In this document: positions 30,001 through 45,000 of the stretch, piece by piece
How the letters are laid out: the number at the start of each line of letters is the position of its first letter
Position numbering within the stretch: position 1 is the stretch's first letter
Source of the DNA: Eledone cirrhosa
Lineage: Eukaryota
Assembly: GCA_964016885.1 (NCBI GenBank)
Contig: OZ024756.1
Span: 9,672,001-9,736,000, forward strand
Reading direction: 5' to 3'
Length of the DNA: 64,000 bases
Translations under genes and position numbers: made by a program
The notes under the pieces: model-generated
The model's input: the letters and a program-made list of their open reading frames with translations, nothing else
Told to the model about the DNA's origin: nothing
Database searches by the model: none

Positions 30001-33000
30001 TCTATCTCTCTACTGTCTCTAACTCTCTACTGTCTCTATCTCTCTAATGTCTCTATCTCTCTACTGTCTCTATCTCTCTACTGTCTCTAACTCTCTACTG
30101 TCTCTATCTCTCTAATGTCTCTATCTCTCTACTGTCTCTAACTCTCTACTGTCTCTATCTCTCTAATGTCTCTATCTCTCTACTGTCTCTATCTCTCTAC
30201 TGTCTCTATCTCTCTACTATCTCTATCTCTCTACTGTCTATATCTCTCTACTGCCTCTATCTCTCTACTGTCTATATCTCTCTACTGTCTCTATCTCTCT
30301 ACTGTCTCTATCTCTCTACTGTCTCTACCTCTCTACTGTCTCTATCTCTCTACTGTCTCTATCTCTCTACCGTCTCTATCTCTCTACTGTCTCTATCACT
30401 CTACTGTCTCTATCTCTCTACTGTCACTATCTCTCTACTGTCTCTACCTCTCTACTGTCTCTATCTCTCTACTGTCTCTATCTCTCTACTGTCTCTATCT
30501 CTCTACTGTCTCTATCTCTCTATTGTCTCTATCTCTCTACTGTCTCTATCTCTCTACTGTCTCTATCTCTCTACTGTCTCTATCTCTCTACTGTCTCTAT
30601 CTCTCTACTGTCTCTATCTCTCTATTGTTTCTATCTCTCTACTGTCTCTATCTCTGTACTGTCTCTATCTCTGTACTGTCTCTATCTCTCTACTGTCTGT
30701 ACCTCTCTACTATCTCTATCTCTGTACTGTCTCTATCTCTCTACTGTCTCTATCTCTCTACTGTCTCTACCTCTCTACTGTCTCTATCTCTCTACTGTCT
30801 CTATCTCTCTACTGTCTCATTCTCTCTACTGTCTCTGTCTCTCTACTGTCTCTATCTCTCTACTGTCTCTATCTCTCTACTGTCTCTATCTCTCTACTGT
30901 CTCTATCTGTCTACTGTCTATATCTCTCTACTGTCTCTACCTCTCTACTGTCTCTATCTCTCTACTGTCTCTACCCCTCTACTGTCTCTATCTCTCTACT
31001 GTCTCTATCTCCCTACTGTCTCTATCTCTCTACTGTCTCTATCTCTCTACTGTCTATATCTCTCTACTGTCTCTACCCCTCTACTGTCTCTATCTCTCTA
31101 CTGTCTCTATCTCTCTACTGTCTCTATCTCTCTACTGTCTCTATCTCTCTACTGTCTCTACCTCTCTACTGTCTCTATCTCTCTACTGTCTCTATCTCTC
31201 TACTGTCTCCATCTCTCTACTGTCTCTACCTCTCTACTGTCTCTATTTCTCTACTGTCTCTATCTCTCTACTGTCTCTATCTCTCTTCTGTCTCTATCTC
31301 TCTACTGTCTCTATCTCTCTACTGTCCCTATCTCTCTACTGTCTCTATCTCTCTACTGTCTCTATCTCTCTACTGTCTATCTCTCTATCGTTTCTATCTC
31401 TCTACTGTCTCTATCTCTCTACTGTCTATCTCTCTACTGTCTCTATCTCTCCACTGTCTCTACCTCTCTACTATCTCGATCTCTCTACTGTCTCTATCTC
31501 TCTACTGTCTCTACCTCTCTACTTTCTCTATCTCTCTACTGTCTCTATCTCTCTACTGTCTATATCTCTCTACTGTCTCTACCCCTCTACTGTCTCTATC
31601 TCTCTACTGTCTCTATCTCTCTACTGTCTCTATCTCTCTACTGTCTATATCTCTCTACTGTCTCTACCCCTCTACTGTCTCTATCTCTCTACTGTCTCTA
31701 TCTCCCTACTGTCTCTATCTCTCTACTGTCTCTATCTCTCTACTGACTATATCTCTCTACTGTCTCTACCCCTCTACTGTCTCTATCTCTCTACTGTCTC
31801 TATCTCTCTACTGTCTCTATCTCTCTACTGTCTCTATCTCTCTACTGTCTCTACCTCTCTACTGTCTCTATCTCTCTACTGTCTCTATCTCTCTACTGTC
31901 TCCATCTCTCTACTGTCTCTATCTCTCTACTGTCTCTACCTCTCTACTGTCTCTATTTCTCTACTGTCTCTATCTCTCTACTGTCTCTATCTCTCTTCTG
32001 TCTCTATCTCTCTACTGTCTCTATCTCTCTACTGTCCCTATCTCACTACTGTCTCTATCTCTCTACTGTCTCTATCTCTCTACTGTCTCTATCTCTCTAT
32101 CGTTTCTATCTCTCTACTGTCTCTATCTCTCTACTGTCTATCTCTCTAGTGTCTCTATCTCTCCACTGTCTCTACCTCTCTACTATCTCGATCTCTCTAC
32201 TGTCTCTATCTCTCTACTGTCTCTATCCCTCTACTGTCTCTACCTCTCTACTTTCTCTATCTCTCTACTGTCTCTATCTCTCTACTGTCTATATCTCTCT
32301 ACCGTCTCTGTCTCTCTACTGTCTCTATCTCTCTACTGTCTCTATCTCTCTACTTCTCTATCTCTCTACTATCTATATCTCTCTACTGTCTCTACCCCTC
32401 TACTGTCTCTATCTCTCTACTGTCTCTATCTCTCTACTGTCTCTACCTCTCTACTGTCTCTATCTCTCTACTGTCTCTATCTCTCTACTGTCTCCATCTC
32501 TCTACTGTCTCTACCTCTCTACTGTCTCTATTTCTCTACTGTCTCTATCTCTCTACTGTCTCTATCTCTCTTCTGTCTCTATCTCTCTACTGTCTCTATC
32601 TCTCTACTGTCTATCTCTCTATCGTTTCTATCTCTCTACTGTCTCTATCTCTCTACTGTCTCTATCTCTCTACTGTCTCTACCTCTCTACTGTCTATATC
32701 TCTCTACTGTCTCTATCTCTCTACTGTCTATATCTCTCTACTGTCTCTACCCCTCTACTGTCTCTATCTCTCTACTGTCTCTATCTCTCTACTGTCTCTA
32801 TCTCTCTACTGTCTATATCTCTCTACTGTCTCTACCCCTCTACTGTCTCTATCTCTCTACTGTCTCTATCTCCCTACTGTCTCTATCTCTCTACTGTCTC
32901 TATCTCTCTACTGTCTATATCTCTCTACTGTCTCTACCCCTCTACTGTCTCTATCTCTCTACTGTCTCTATCTCTCTACTGTCTCTATCTCTCTACTGTT

Positions 33001-36000
33001 TCTATCTCTCTACTGTCTCTACCTCTCTACTGTCTCTATCTCTCTACTGTCTCTATCTCTCTACTGTCTCCATCTCTCTACTGTCTCTATCTCTCTACTG
33101 TCTCTACCTCTCTACTGTCTCTATTTCTCTACTGTCTCTATCTCTCTACTGTCTCTATCTCTCTTCTGTCTCTATCTCTCTACTGTCTCTATCTCTCTAC
33201 TGTCCCTATCTCTCTACTGTCTCTATCTCTCTACTGTCTCTATCTCTCTACTGTCTATCTCTCTATCGTTTCTATCTCTCTACTGTCTCTATCTCTCTAC
33301 TATCTATCTCTCTACTGTCTCTATCTCTCCACTGTCTCTACCTCTCTACTATCTCGATCTCTCTACTGTCTCTATCTCTCTACTGTCTCTATCCCTCTAC
33401 TGTCTCTACCTCTCTACTTTCTCTATCTCTCTACTGTCTCTATCTCTCTACTGTCTATATCTCTCTACTGTCTCTACCCCTCTACTGTCTCTATCTCTCT
33501 ACTGTCTCTATCTCTCTAATGTCTCTATCTCTCTACTGTCTATATCTCTCTACTGTCTCTACCCCGCTACTGTCTCTATCTCTCTACTGTCTCTATCTCC
33601 CTACTGTCTCTATCTCTCTACTGTCTCTATCTCTCTACTGTCTATATCTCTCTACTGTCTCTACCCCTCTACTGTCTCTATCTCTCTACTGTCTCTATCT
33701 CTCTACTGTCTCTATCTCTCTACTGTCTCTATCTCTCTACTGTCTCTACCTCTCTACTGTCTCTATTTCTCTACTGTCTCTATCTCTCTACTGTCTCTAT
33801 CTCTCTTCTGTCTCTATCTCTCTACTGTCTCTATCTCTCTACTGTCCCTATCTCTCTACTGTCTCTATCTCTCTACTGTCTCTATCTCTCTACTGTCTCT
33901 ATCTCTCTATCGTTTCTATCTCTCTACTGTCTCTATCTCTCTACTGTCTATCTCTCTACTGTCTCTATCTCTCCACTGTCTCTACCTCTCTACTATCTCG
34001 ATCCCTCTACTGTCTCTACCTCTCTACTTTCTCTATCTCTCTAAAGTCTCTATCTCTCTACTGTCTATATCTCTCTACTGTCTCTGTCTCTCTACTGTCT
34101 CTATCTCTCTACTGTCTCTATCTCTCTACTGTCTCTATCTCTCTACTATCTATATCTCTCTACTGTCTCTACCCCTCTACTGTCTCTATCTCTCTACTGT
34201 CTCTATCTCTCTACTGTCTCTACCTCTCTACTGTCTATATCTCTCTACTGTCTCTATCTCTCTACTGTCCCTATCTCTCTACTGTCTCTATCTCTCTACC
34301 GTATCTATCTCTCTACTGTCTCTATCTCTCTATTGTTTCTATCTCTCTACTGTCTCTATCTCTCTACTGTCTCTATTTCTCTACTGTCTCTATCTCTCTA
34401 CTGTCTCTACCTCTCTACTATCTCTATCTCTCTACTGTCTCTATCTCTCTACTGTCTCTATCTCTCTAAGGTCTCTACCTCTCTACTGTCTCTATCTCTC
34501 TACTGTGTATATATCTCTACTGCCTCTATCTCTCTAGTGTCTCTATCTCTCTACTGTCTATATCTCTCTACTGTCTCTATCTCTCTAGTGTCTCTATCTC
34601 TTTACTGACTATATCTCTCTACTGTCTCTATCTCTCTACTGTCTCTAACTCTCTACTGTCTCTATCTCTCTAATGTCTCTATCTCTCTACTGTCTCTATC
34701 TCTCTACTGTCTCTAACTCTCTACTGTCTCTATCTCTCTAATGTCTCTATCTCTCTACTGTCTCTAACTCTCTACTGTCTCTATCTCTCTAATGTCTCTA
34801 TCTCTCTACTGTCTCTATCTCTCTACTGTCTCTATCTCTCTACTATCTCTATCTCTCTACTGTCTATATCTCTCTACTGCCTCTATCTCTCTACTGTCTA
34901 TATCTCTCTACTGTCTCTATCTCTCTACTGTCTCTATCTCTCTACTGTCTCTACCTCTCTACTGTCTCTATCTCTCTACTGTCTCTATCTCTCTACCGTC
35001 TCTATCTCTCTACTGTCTCTATCACTCTACTGTCTCTATCTCTCTACTGTCACTATCTCTCTACTGTCTCTACCTCTCTACTGTCTCTATCTCTCTACTG
35101 TCTCTATCTCTCTACTGTCTCTATCTCTCTACTGTCTCTATCTCTCTATTGTCTCTATCTCTCTACTGTCTCTATCTCTCTACTGTCTCTATCTCTCTAC
35201 TGTCTCTATCTCTCTACTGTCTCTATCTCTCTACTGTCTCTATCTCTCTATTGTTTCTATCTCTCTACTGTCTCTATCTCTGTACTGTCTCTATCTCTGT
35301 ACTGTCTCTATCTCTCTACTGTCTGTACCTCTCTACTATCTCTATCTCTGTACTGTCTCTATCTCTCTACTGTCTCTATCTCTCTACTGTCTCTACCTCT
35401 CTACTGTCTCTATCTCTCTACTGTCTCTATCTCTCTACTGTCTCATTCTCTCTACTGTCTCTGTCTCTCTACTGTCTCTATCTCTCTACTGTCTCTATCT
35501 CTCTACTGTCTCTATCTCTCTACTGTCTCTATCTGTCTACTGTCTATATCTCTCTACTGTCTCTACCTCTCTACTGTCTCTATCTCTCTACTGTCTCTAC
35601 CCCTCTACTGTCTCTATCTCTCTACTGTCTCTATCTCCCTACTGTCTCTATCTCTCTACTGTCTCTATCTCTCTACTGTCTATATCTCTCTACTGTCTCT
35701 ACCCCTCTACTGTCTCTATCTCTCTACTGTCTCTATCTCTCTACTGTCTCTATCTCTCTACTGTCTCTATCTCTCTACTGTCTCTACCTCTCTACTGTCT
35801 CTATCTCTCTACTGTCTCTATCTCTCTACTGTCTCCATCTCTCTACTGTCTCTACCTCTCTACTGTCTCTATTTCTCTACTGTCTCTATCTCTCTACTGT
35901 CTCTATCTCTCTTCTGTCTCTATCTCTCTACTGTCTCTATCTCTCTACTGTCCCTATCTCTCTACTGTCTCTATCTCTCTACTGTCTCTATCTCTCTACT

Positions 36001-39000
36001 GTCTATCTCTCTATCGTTTCTATCTCTCTACTGTCTCTATCTCTCTACTGTCTATCTCTCTACTGTCTCTATCTCTCCACTGTCTCTACCTCTCTACTAT
36101 CTCTATCTCTCTAATGTCTCTATCTCTCTACTGTCTCTAACTCTCTACTGTCTCTATCTCTCTAATGTCTCTATCTCTCTACTGTCTCTATCTCTCTACT
36201 GTCTCTATCTCTCTACTATCTCTATCTCTCTACTGTCTATATCTCTCTACTGCCTCTATCTCTCTACTGTCTATATCTCTCTACTGTCTCTATCTCTCTA
36301 CTGTCTCTATCTCTCTACTGTCTCTACCTCTCTACTGTCTCTATCTCTCTACTGTCTCTATCTCTCTACCGTCTCTATCTCTCTACTGTCTCTATCACTC
36401 TACTGTCTCTATCTCTCTACTGTCACTATCTCTCTACTGTCTCTACCTCTCTACTGTCTCTATCTCTCTACTGTCTCTATCTCTCTACTGTCTCTATCTC
36501 TCTACTGTCTCTATCTCTCTATTGTCTCTATCTCTCTACTGTCTCTATCTCTCTACTGTCTCTATCTCTCTACTGTCTCTATCTCTCTACTGTCTCTATC
36601 TCTCTACTGTCTCTATCTCTCTATTGTTTCTATCTCTCTACTGTCTCTATCTCTGTACTGTCTCTATCTCTGTACTGTCTCTATCTCTCTACTGTCTGTA
36701 CCTCTCTACTATCTCTATCTCTGTACTGTCTCTATCTCTCTACTGTCTCTATCTCTCTACTGTCTCTACCTCTCTACTGTCTCTATCTCTCTACTGTCTC
36801 TATCTCTCTACTGTCTCATTCTCTCTACTGTCTCTGTCTCTCTACTGTCTCTATCTCTCTACTGTCTCTATCTCTCTACTGTCTCTATCTCTCTACTGTC
36901 TCTATCTGTCTACTGTCTATATCTCTCTACTGTCTCTACCTCTCTACTGTCTCTATCTCTCTACTGTCTCTACCCCTCTACTGTCTCTATCTCTCTACTG
37001 TCTCTATCTCCCTACTGTCTCTATCTCTCTACTGTCTCTATCTCTCTACTGTCTATATCTCTCTACTGTCTCTACCCCTCTACTGTCTCTATCTCTCTAC
37101 TGTCTCTATCTCTCTACTGTCTCTATCTCTCTACTGTCTCTATCTCTCTACTGTCTCTACCTCTCTACTGTCTCTATCTCTCTACTGTCTCTATCTCTCT
37201 ACTGTCTCCATCTCTCTACTGTCTCTACCTCTCTACTGTCTCTATTTCTCTACTGTCTCTATCTCTCTACTGTCTCTATCTCTCTTCTGTCTCTATCTCT
37301 CTACTGTCTCTATCTCTCTACTGTCCCTATCTCTCTACTGTCTCTACCTCTCTACTGTCTATATCTCTCTACTGTCTCTCTCTCTCTACTGTCCCTATCT
37401 CTCTATTGTCTCTATCTCTCTACTGTCTCTATCTCTCTACTGTCTCTATCTCTCTATTGTTTCTATCTCTCTACTCTCTCTATCTCTCTACTGTCTATCT
37501 CTCTACTGTCTCTATCTCTCTACTGTCTCTATCTCTCTACTGTCTCTACCTCTCTACTGTCTTTATCTCTCTACCATCTCTATCTCTCTACTGTCTCTAT
37601 CTCTCTATTGTTTCTATCTCTCTACTGTCTCTATCTCTCTACTGTCTCCATCTCTCCACTGTCTCTATCTCTCTGCTGTCTCTACCTCTCTACTGTCTCT
37701 ATCTCTCTACTGTCCCTATCTCTCCACTGTCTCTATCTCTCTACTGTCTCTATCTCTCTACTGTCTCTATCTCTCCACTGTCTCTATCTCTCTGCTGTCT
37801 CTACCTCTCTACTTTCTCTATCTCTCTACTGTCTCTATCTCTCTACTGTCTCTATCTCTTTACTGTCTGTATCTCTCTACTGTCTCTATCTCTCTACTGT
37901 CTCTATCTCTCTACTGTCTATATCTCTCTACTGTCTCTATCTCTCTATCTCTCTACTGTCTCTATCTCTCTACTGTCTATATCTCTCTACTGTCTCTATC
38001 TCTCTACTGTCTCTACCTCTCTACTGTCTCTATCTCTCTACTGTCTCTATCTCTCTACTGTCTCTATCTCTCTACTGTCTATATCTCTGTACTGTCTCTA
38101 TCTCTCTATCTCTCTACTGTCTATATCTCTCTACTGTCTCTACCCCTCTACTGTCTCTATCTCTCTACTGTCTCTATCTCTCTACTGTCTCTATCTCTCT
38201 ACTGTCTCTATCTCTCTACTGTCTCTACCTCTCTACTGTCTATATCTCTCTACTGTCTCTATCTCTCTACTGTCTATATCTCTCTACTGTCTCTACCCCT
38301 CTACTGTCTCTATCTCTCTACTGTCTCTATCTCTCTACTGTCTCTATCTCTCTACTGTCTATATCTCTCTACTGTCTCTACCCCTCTACTGTCTCTATCT
38401 CTCTACTGTCTCTATCTCCCTACTGTCTCTATCTCTCTACTGTCTCTATCTCTCTACTGTCTATATCTCTCTACTGTCTCTACCCCTCTACTGTCTCTAT
38501 CTCTCTACTGTCTCTATCTCTCTACTGTCTCTATCTCTCTACTGTTTCTATCTCTCTACTGTCTCTACCTCTCTACTGTCTCTATCTCTCTACTGTCTCT
38601 ATCTCTCTACTGTCTCCATCTCTCTACTGTCTCTATCTCTCTACTGTCTCTACCTCTCTACTGTCTCTATTTCTCTACTGTCTCTATCTCTCTACTGTCT
38701 CTATCTCTCTTCTGTCTCTATCTCTCTACTGTCTCTATCTCTCTACTGTCCCTATCTCTCTACTGTCTCTATCTCTCTACTGTCTCTATCTCTCTACTGT
38801 CTATCTCTCTATCGTTTCTATCTCTCTACTGTCTCTATCTCTCTACTATCTATCTCTCTACTGTCTCTATCTCTCCACTGTCTCTACCTCTCTACTATCT
38901 CGATCTCTCTACTGTCTCTATCTCTCTACTGTCTCTATCCCTCTACTGTCTCTACCTCTCTACTTTCTCTATCTCTCTACTGTCTCTATCTCTCTACTGT

Positions 39001-42000
39001 CTATATCTCTCTACTGTCTCTACCCCTCTACTGTCTCTATCTCTCTACTGTCTCTATCTCTCTAATGTCTCTATCTCTCTACTGTCTATATCTCTCTACT
39101 GTCTCTACCCCGCTACTGTCTCTATCTCTCTACTGTCTCTATCTCCCTACTGTCTCTATCTCTCTACTGTCTCTATCTCTCTACTGTCTATATCTCTCTA
39201 CTGTCTCTACCCCTCTACTGTCTCTATCTCTCTACTGTCTCTATCTCTCTACTGTCTCTATCTCTCTACTGTCTCTATCTCTCTACTGTCTCTACCTCTC
39301 TACTGTCTCTATTTCTCTACTGTCTCTATCTCTCTACTGTCTCTATCTCTCTTCTGTCTCTATCTCTCTACTGTCTCTATCTCTCTACTGTCCCTATCTC
39401 TCTACTGTCTCTATCTCTCTACTGTCTCTATCTCTCTACTGTCTCTATCTCTCTATCGTTTCTATCTCTCTACTGTCTCTATCTCTCTACTGTCTATCTC
39501 TCTACTGTCTCTATCTCTCCACTGTCTCTACCTCTCTACTATCTCGATCCCTCTACTGTCTCTACCTCTCTACTTTCTCTATCTCTCTAAAGTCTCTATC
39601 TCTCTACTGTCTATATCTCTCTACTGTCTCTGTCTCTCTACTGTCTCTATCTCTCTACTGTCTCTATCTCTCTACTGTCTCTATCTCTCTACTATCTATA
39701 TCTCTCTACTGTCTCTACCCCTCTACTGTCTCTATCTCTCTACTGTCTCTATCTCTCTACTGTCTCTACCTCTCTACTGTCTATATCTCTCTACTGTCTC
39801 TATCTCTCTACTGTCCCTATCTCTCTACTGTCTCTATCTCTCTACCGTATCTATCTCTCTACTGTCTCTATCTCTCTATTGTTTCTATCTCTCTACTGTC
39901 TCTATCTCTCTACTGTCTCTATTTCTCTACTGTCTCTATCTCTCTACTGTCTCTACCTCTCTACTATCTCTATCTCTCTACTGTCTCTATCTCTCTACTG
40001 TCTCTATCTCTCTAAGGTCTCTACCTCTCTACTGTCTCTATCTCTCTACTGTGTATATATCTCTACTGCCTCTATCTCTCTAGTGTCTCTATCTCTCTAC
40101 TGTCTATATCTCTCTACTGTCTCTATCTCTCTAGTGTCTCTATCTCTTTACTGACTATATCTCTCTACTGTCTCTATCTCTCTACTGTCTCTAACTCTCT
40201 ACTGTCTCTATCTCTCTAATGTCTCTATCTCTCTACTGTCTCTATCTCTCTACTGTCTCTAACTCTCTACTGTCTCTATCTCTCTAATGTCTCTATCTCT
40301 CTACTGTCTCTAACTCTCTACTGTCTCTATCTCTCTAATGTCTCTATCTCTCTACTGTCTCTATCTCTCTACTGTCTCTATCTCTCTACTATCTCTATCT
40401 CTCTACTGTCTATATCTCTCTACTGCCTCTATCTCTCTACTGTCTATATCTCTCTACTGTCTCTATCTCTCTACTGTCTCTATCTCTCTACTGTCTCTAC
40501 CTCTCTACTGTCTCTATCTCTCTACTGTCTCTATCTCTCTACCGTCTCTATCTCTCTACTGTCTCTATCACTCTACTGTCTCTATCTCTCTACTGTCACT
40601 ATCTCTCTACTGTCTCTACCTCTCTACTGTCTCTATCTCTCTACTGTCTCTATCTCTCTACTGTCTCTATCTCTCTACTGTCTCTATCTCTCTATTGTCT
40701 CTATCTCTCTACTGTCTCTATCTCTCTACTGTCTCTATCTCTCTACTGTCTCTATCTCTCTACTGTCTCTATCTCTCTACTGTCTCTATCTCTCTATTGT
40801 TTCTATCTCTCTACTGTCTCTATCTCTGTACTGTCTCTATCTCTGTACTGTCTCTATCTCTCTACTGTCTGTACCTCTCTACTATCTCTATCTCTGTACT
40901 GTCTCTATCTCTCTACTGTCTCTATCTCTCTACTGTCTCTACCTCTCTACTGTCTCTATCTCTCTACTGTCTCTATCTCTCTACTGTCTCATTCTCTCTA
41001 CTGTCTCTGTCTCTCTACTGTCTCTATCTCTCTACTGTCTCTATCTCTCTACTGTCTCTATCTCTCTACTGTCTCTATCTGTCTACTGTCTATATCTCTC
41101 TACTGTCTCTACCTCTCTACTGTCTCTATCTCTCTACTGTCTCTACCCCTCTACTGTCTCTATCTCTCTACTGTCTCTATCTCCCTACTGTCTCTATCTC
41201 TCTACTGTCTCTATCTCTCTACTGTCTATATCTCTCTACTGTCTCTACCCCTCTACTGTCTCTATCTCTCTACTGTCTCTATCTCTCTACTGTCTCTATC
41301 TCTCTACTGTCTCTATCTCTCTACTGTCTCTACCTCTCTACTGTCTCTATCTCTCTACTGTCTCTATCTCTCTACTGTCTCCATCTCTCTACTGTCTCTA
41401 CCTCTCTACTGTCTCTATTTCTCTACTGTCTCTATCTCTCTACTGTCTCTATCTCTCTTCTGTCTCTATCTCTCTACTGTCTCTATCTCTCTACTGTCCC
41501 TATCTCTCTACTGTCTCTATCTCTCTACTGTCTCTATCTCTCTACTGTCTATCTCTCTATCGTTTCTATCTCTCTACTGTCTCTATCTCTCTACTGTCTA
41601 TCTCTCTACTGTCTCTATCTCTCCACTGTCTCTACCTCTCTACTATCTCGATCTCTCTACTGTCTCTATCTCTCTACTGTCTCTACCTCTCTACTTTCTC
41701 TATCTCTCTACTGTCTCTATCTCTCTACTGTCTATATCTCTCTACTGTCTCTACCCCTCTACTGTCTCTATCTCTCTACTGTCTCTATCTCTCTACTGTC
41801 TCTATCTCTCTACTGTCTATATCTCTCTACTGTCTCTACCCCTCTACTGTCTCTATCTCTCTACTGTCTCTATCTCCCTACTGTCTCTATCTCTCTACTG
41901 TCTCTATCTCTCTACTGACTATATCTCTCTACTGTCTCTACCCCTCTACTGTCTCTATCTCTCTACTGTCTCTATCTCTCTACTGTCTCTATCTCTCTAC

Positions 42001-45000
42001 TGTCTCTATCTCTCTACTGTCTCTACCTCTCTACTGTCTCTATCTCTCTACTGTCTCTATCTCTCTACTGTCTCCATCTCTCTACTGTCTCTATCTCTCT
42101 ACTGTCTCTACCTCTCTACTGTCTCTATTTCTCTACTGTCTCTATCTCTCTACTGTCTCTATCTCTCTTCTGTCTCTATCTCTCTACTGTCTCTATCTCT
42201 CTACTGTCCCTATCTCACTACTGTCTCTATCTCTCTACTGTCTCTATCTCTCTACTGTCTCTATCTCTCTATCGTTTCTATCTCTCTACTGTCTCTATCT
42301 CTCTACTGTCTATCTCTCTAGTGTCTCTATCTCTCCACTGTCTCTACCTCTCTACTATCTCGATCTCTCTACTGTCTCTATCTCTCTACTGTCTCTATCC
42401 CTCTACTGTCTCTACCTCTCTACTTTCTCTATCTCTCTACTGTCTCTATCTCTCTACTGTCTATATCTCTCTACCGTCTCTGTCTCTCTACTGTCTCTAT
42501 CTCTCTACTGTCTCTATCTCTCTACTTCTCTATCTCTCTACTATCTATATCTCTCTACTGTCTCTACCCCTCTACTGTCTCTATCTCTCTACTGTCTCTA
42601 TCTCTCTACTGTCTCTACCTCTCTACTGTCTATATCTCTCTACTGTCTCTATCTCTCTACTGTCCCTATCTCTCTACTGTCTCTATCTCTCTACCGTATC
42701 TATCTCTCTACTGTCTCTATCTCTCTATTGTTTCTATCTCTCTACTGTCTCTATCTCTCTACTGTCTCCATCTCTCTACTGTCTCTACCTCTCTACTGTC
42801 TATATCTCTCTACTGTCTCTATCTCTCTACTGTCCCTATCTCTCTACTGTCTCTATCTCTCTACCGTATCTATCTCTCTACTGTCTCTATCTCTCTACTG
42901 TCTCTATCTCTCTACTATCTATATCTCTCTACTGTCTCTATCTCTCTACTGTCCCTATCTCTCTACTGTCTCTATCTCTCTACCGTATCTATCTCTCTAC
43001 TGTCTCTATCTCTCTATTGTTTCTATCTCTCTACTGTCTCTATCTCTCTACCGTATCTATCTCTCTACTGTCTCTATCTCTCTACTGTCTCTATTTCTCT
43101 ACTGTCTCTATCTCTCTACTGTCTCTACCTCTCTACTATCTCTATCTGTCTACTGTCTCTATCTCTCTACTGTCTCTATCTCTCTAAGGTCTCTACCTCT
43201 CTACTGTCTCTATCTCTCTACTGTCTATATCTCTCTACTGCCTCTATCTCTCTATTGTCTCTATCTCTCTACTGTCACTATCTCTTTACTGACTATATCT
43301 CTCTACTGTCTCTATCTCTCTATTGTTTCTATCTCTCTACTGTCTCTATCTCTCTACCGTATCTATCTCTCTACTGTCTCTATCTCTCTACTGTCTATAT
43401 CTCTCTATTGTTTCTATCTCTCTACTGTCTCTATCTCTCTACCGTATCTATCTCTCTACTGTCTCTACCTCTCTACTGTCTATATCTCTCTACTAACTCT
43501 ATCTCTCTACTCTCTCTATCTCTCTACTGTCTCTATCTCTCTACTGTCTCTACCTCTCTACTGTCTCTATCTCTCTACTGTCTCGATCTCTCTACTGTCT
43601 CTATCTCTCTACTGTCTCTATCTCTCTACTATCTCTATCTCTCTACTGTCTATATCTCTCTACTGCCTCTATCTCTCTACTGTCTATATCTCTCTACTGT
43701 CTCTATCTCTCTACTGTCTCTATCTCTCTACTGTCTCTACCTCTCTACTGTCTCTATCTCTCTACTGTCTCTATCTCTCTACCGTCTCTATCTCTCTACT
43801 GTCTCTATCACTCTACTGTCTCTATCTCTCTACTGTCACTATCTCTCTACTGTCTCTACCTCTCTACTGTCTCTATCTCTCTACTGTCTCTATCTCTCTA
43901 CTGTCTCTATCTCTCTACTGTCTCTAGCTCTCTATTGTCTCTATCTCTCTACTGTCTCTATCTCTCTACTGTCTCTATCTCTCTACTGACTCTATCTCTC
44001 TACTGTCTCTATCTCTCCACTGTCTCTATCTCTCTACTGTCCATTTCTCTCTACTGTCTCTACCTCTCTACTGTCTCTAGCTGTCTACACTCTCTACCTC
44101 TCTACTGTCTCTATCTCTCTACTGTCTATATCTCTCTACTGTCTCTATCTCTCTACTGTCTCTATCTCTCTACTGTCTCTATCTCTCTACTGTCTCTACC
44201 TCTCTACTGTCTCTATCTCTCTACTGTCTCTATCTCTCTACTGTCTCTATCTCTCTACTGTCTCTATCTCTCTACTGTCTCTATCTCTCTATTGTCTCTA
44301 TCTCTCTACTGTCTCTATCTCTCTACTGTCTCTATCTCTCTACTGTCTCTATCTCTCTACTGTCTCCATCTCTCTACTGTCTCTACCTCTCTACTGTCTA
44401 TATCTCTCTACTGTCTCTATCTCTCTACTATCTCTATCTCTCTACTGTCTCTATCTCTCTACTGTCTCTAACTCTCTACTGTCTCTATCTCTCTACTGTC
44501 TCTACCTCTCTACTGTCTCTATCTCTCTACTGTCTATATCTCTCTACTGTCTCTATCTCTCTACTGTCTCTATCTCTCTACTGTCTCTACCTCTCTACTA
44601 TCTCTATCTCTCTACTGTCTCTATCTCTCTACTGTCTCTAACTCTCTACTGTCTCTATCTCTCTACTGTCTCTATCTCTCTACTGTCTATATCTCTCTAC
44701 TGTCTCTGTCTCTCTACTGTCTCTATCTCTCTACTGTCTCTATCTCTCTACTGTCTCTATCTCTCTACTATCTATATCTCTCTACTGTCTCTACCCCTCT
44801 ACTGTCTCTATCTCTCTACTGTCTCTATCTCTCTACTGTCTCTATCTCTCTACTGTCTCCATCTCTCTACCTCTCTACTGTCTATATCTCTCTACTGTCT
44901 CTATCTCTCTACTGTCCCTATCTCTCTACTGTCTCTATCTCTCTACCGTATCTATCTCTCTACTGTCTCTCTCTCTCTATTGTTTCTATCTCTCTACTGT

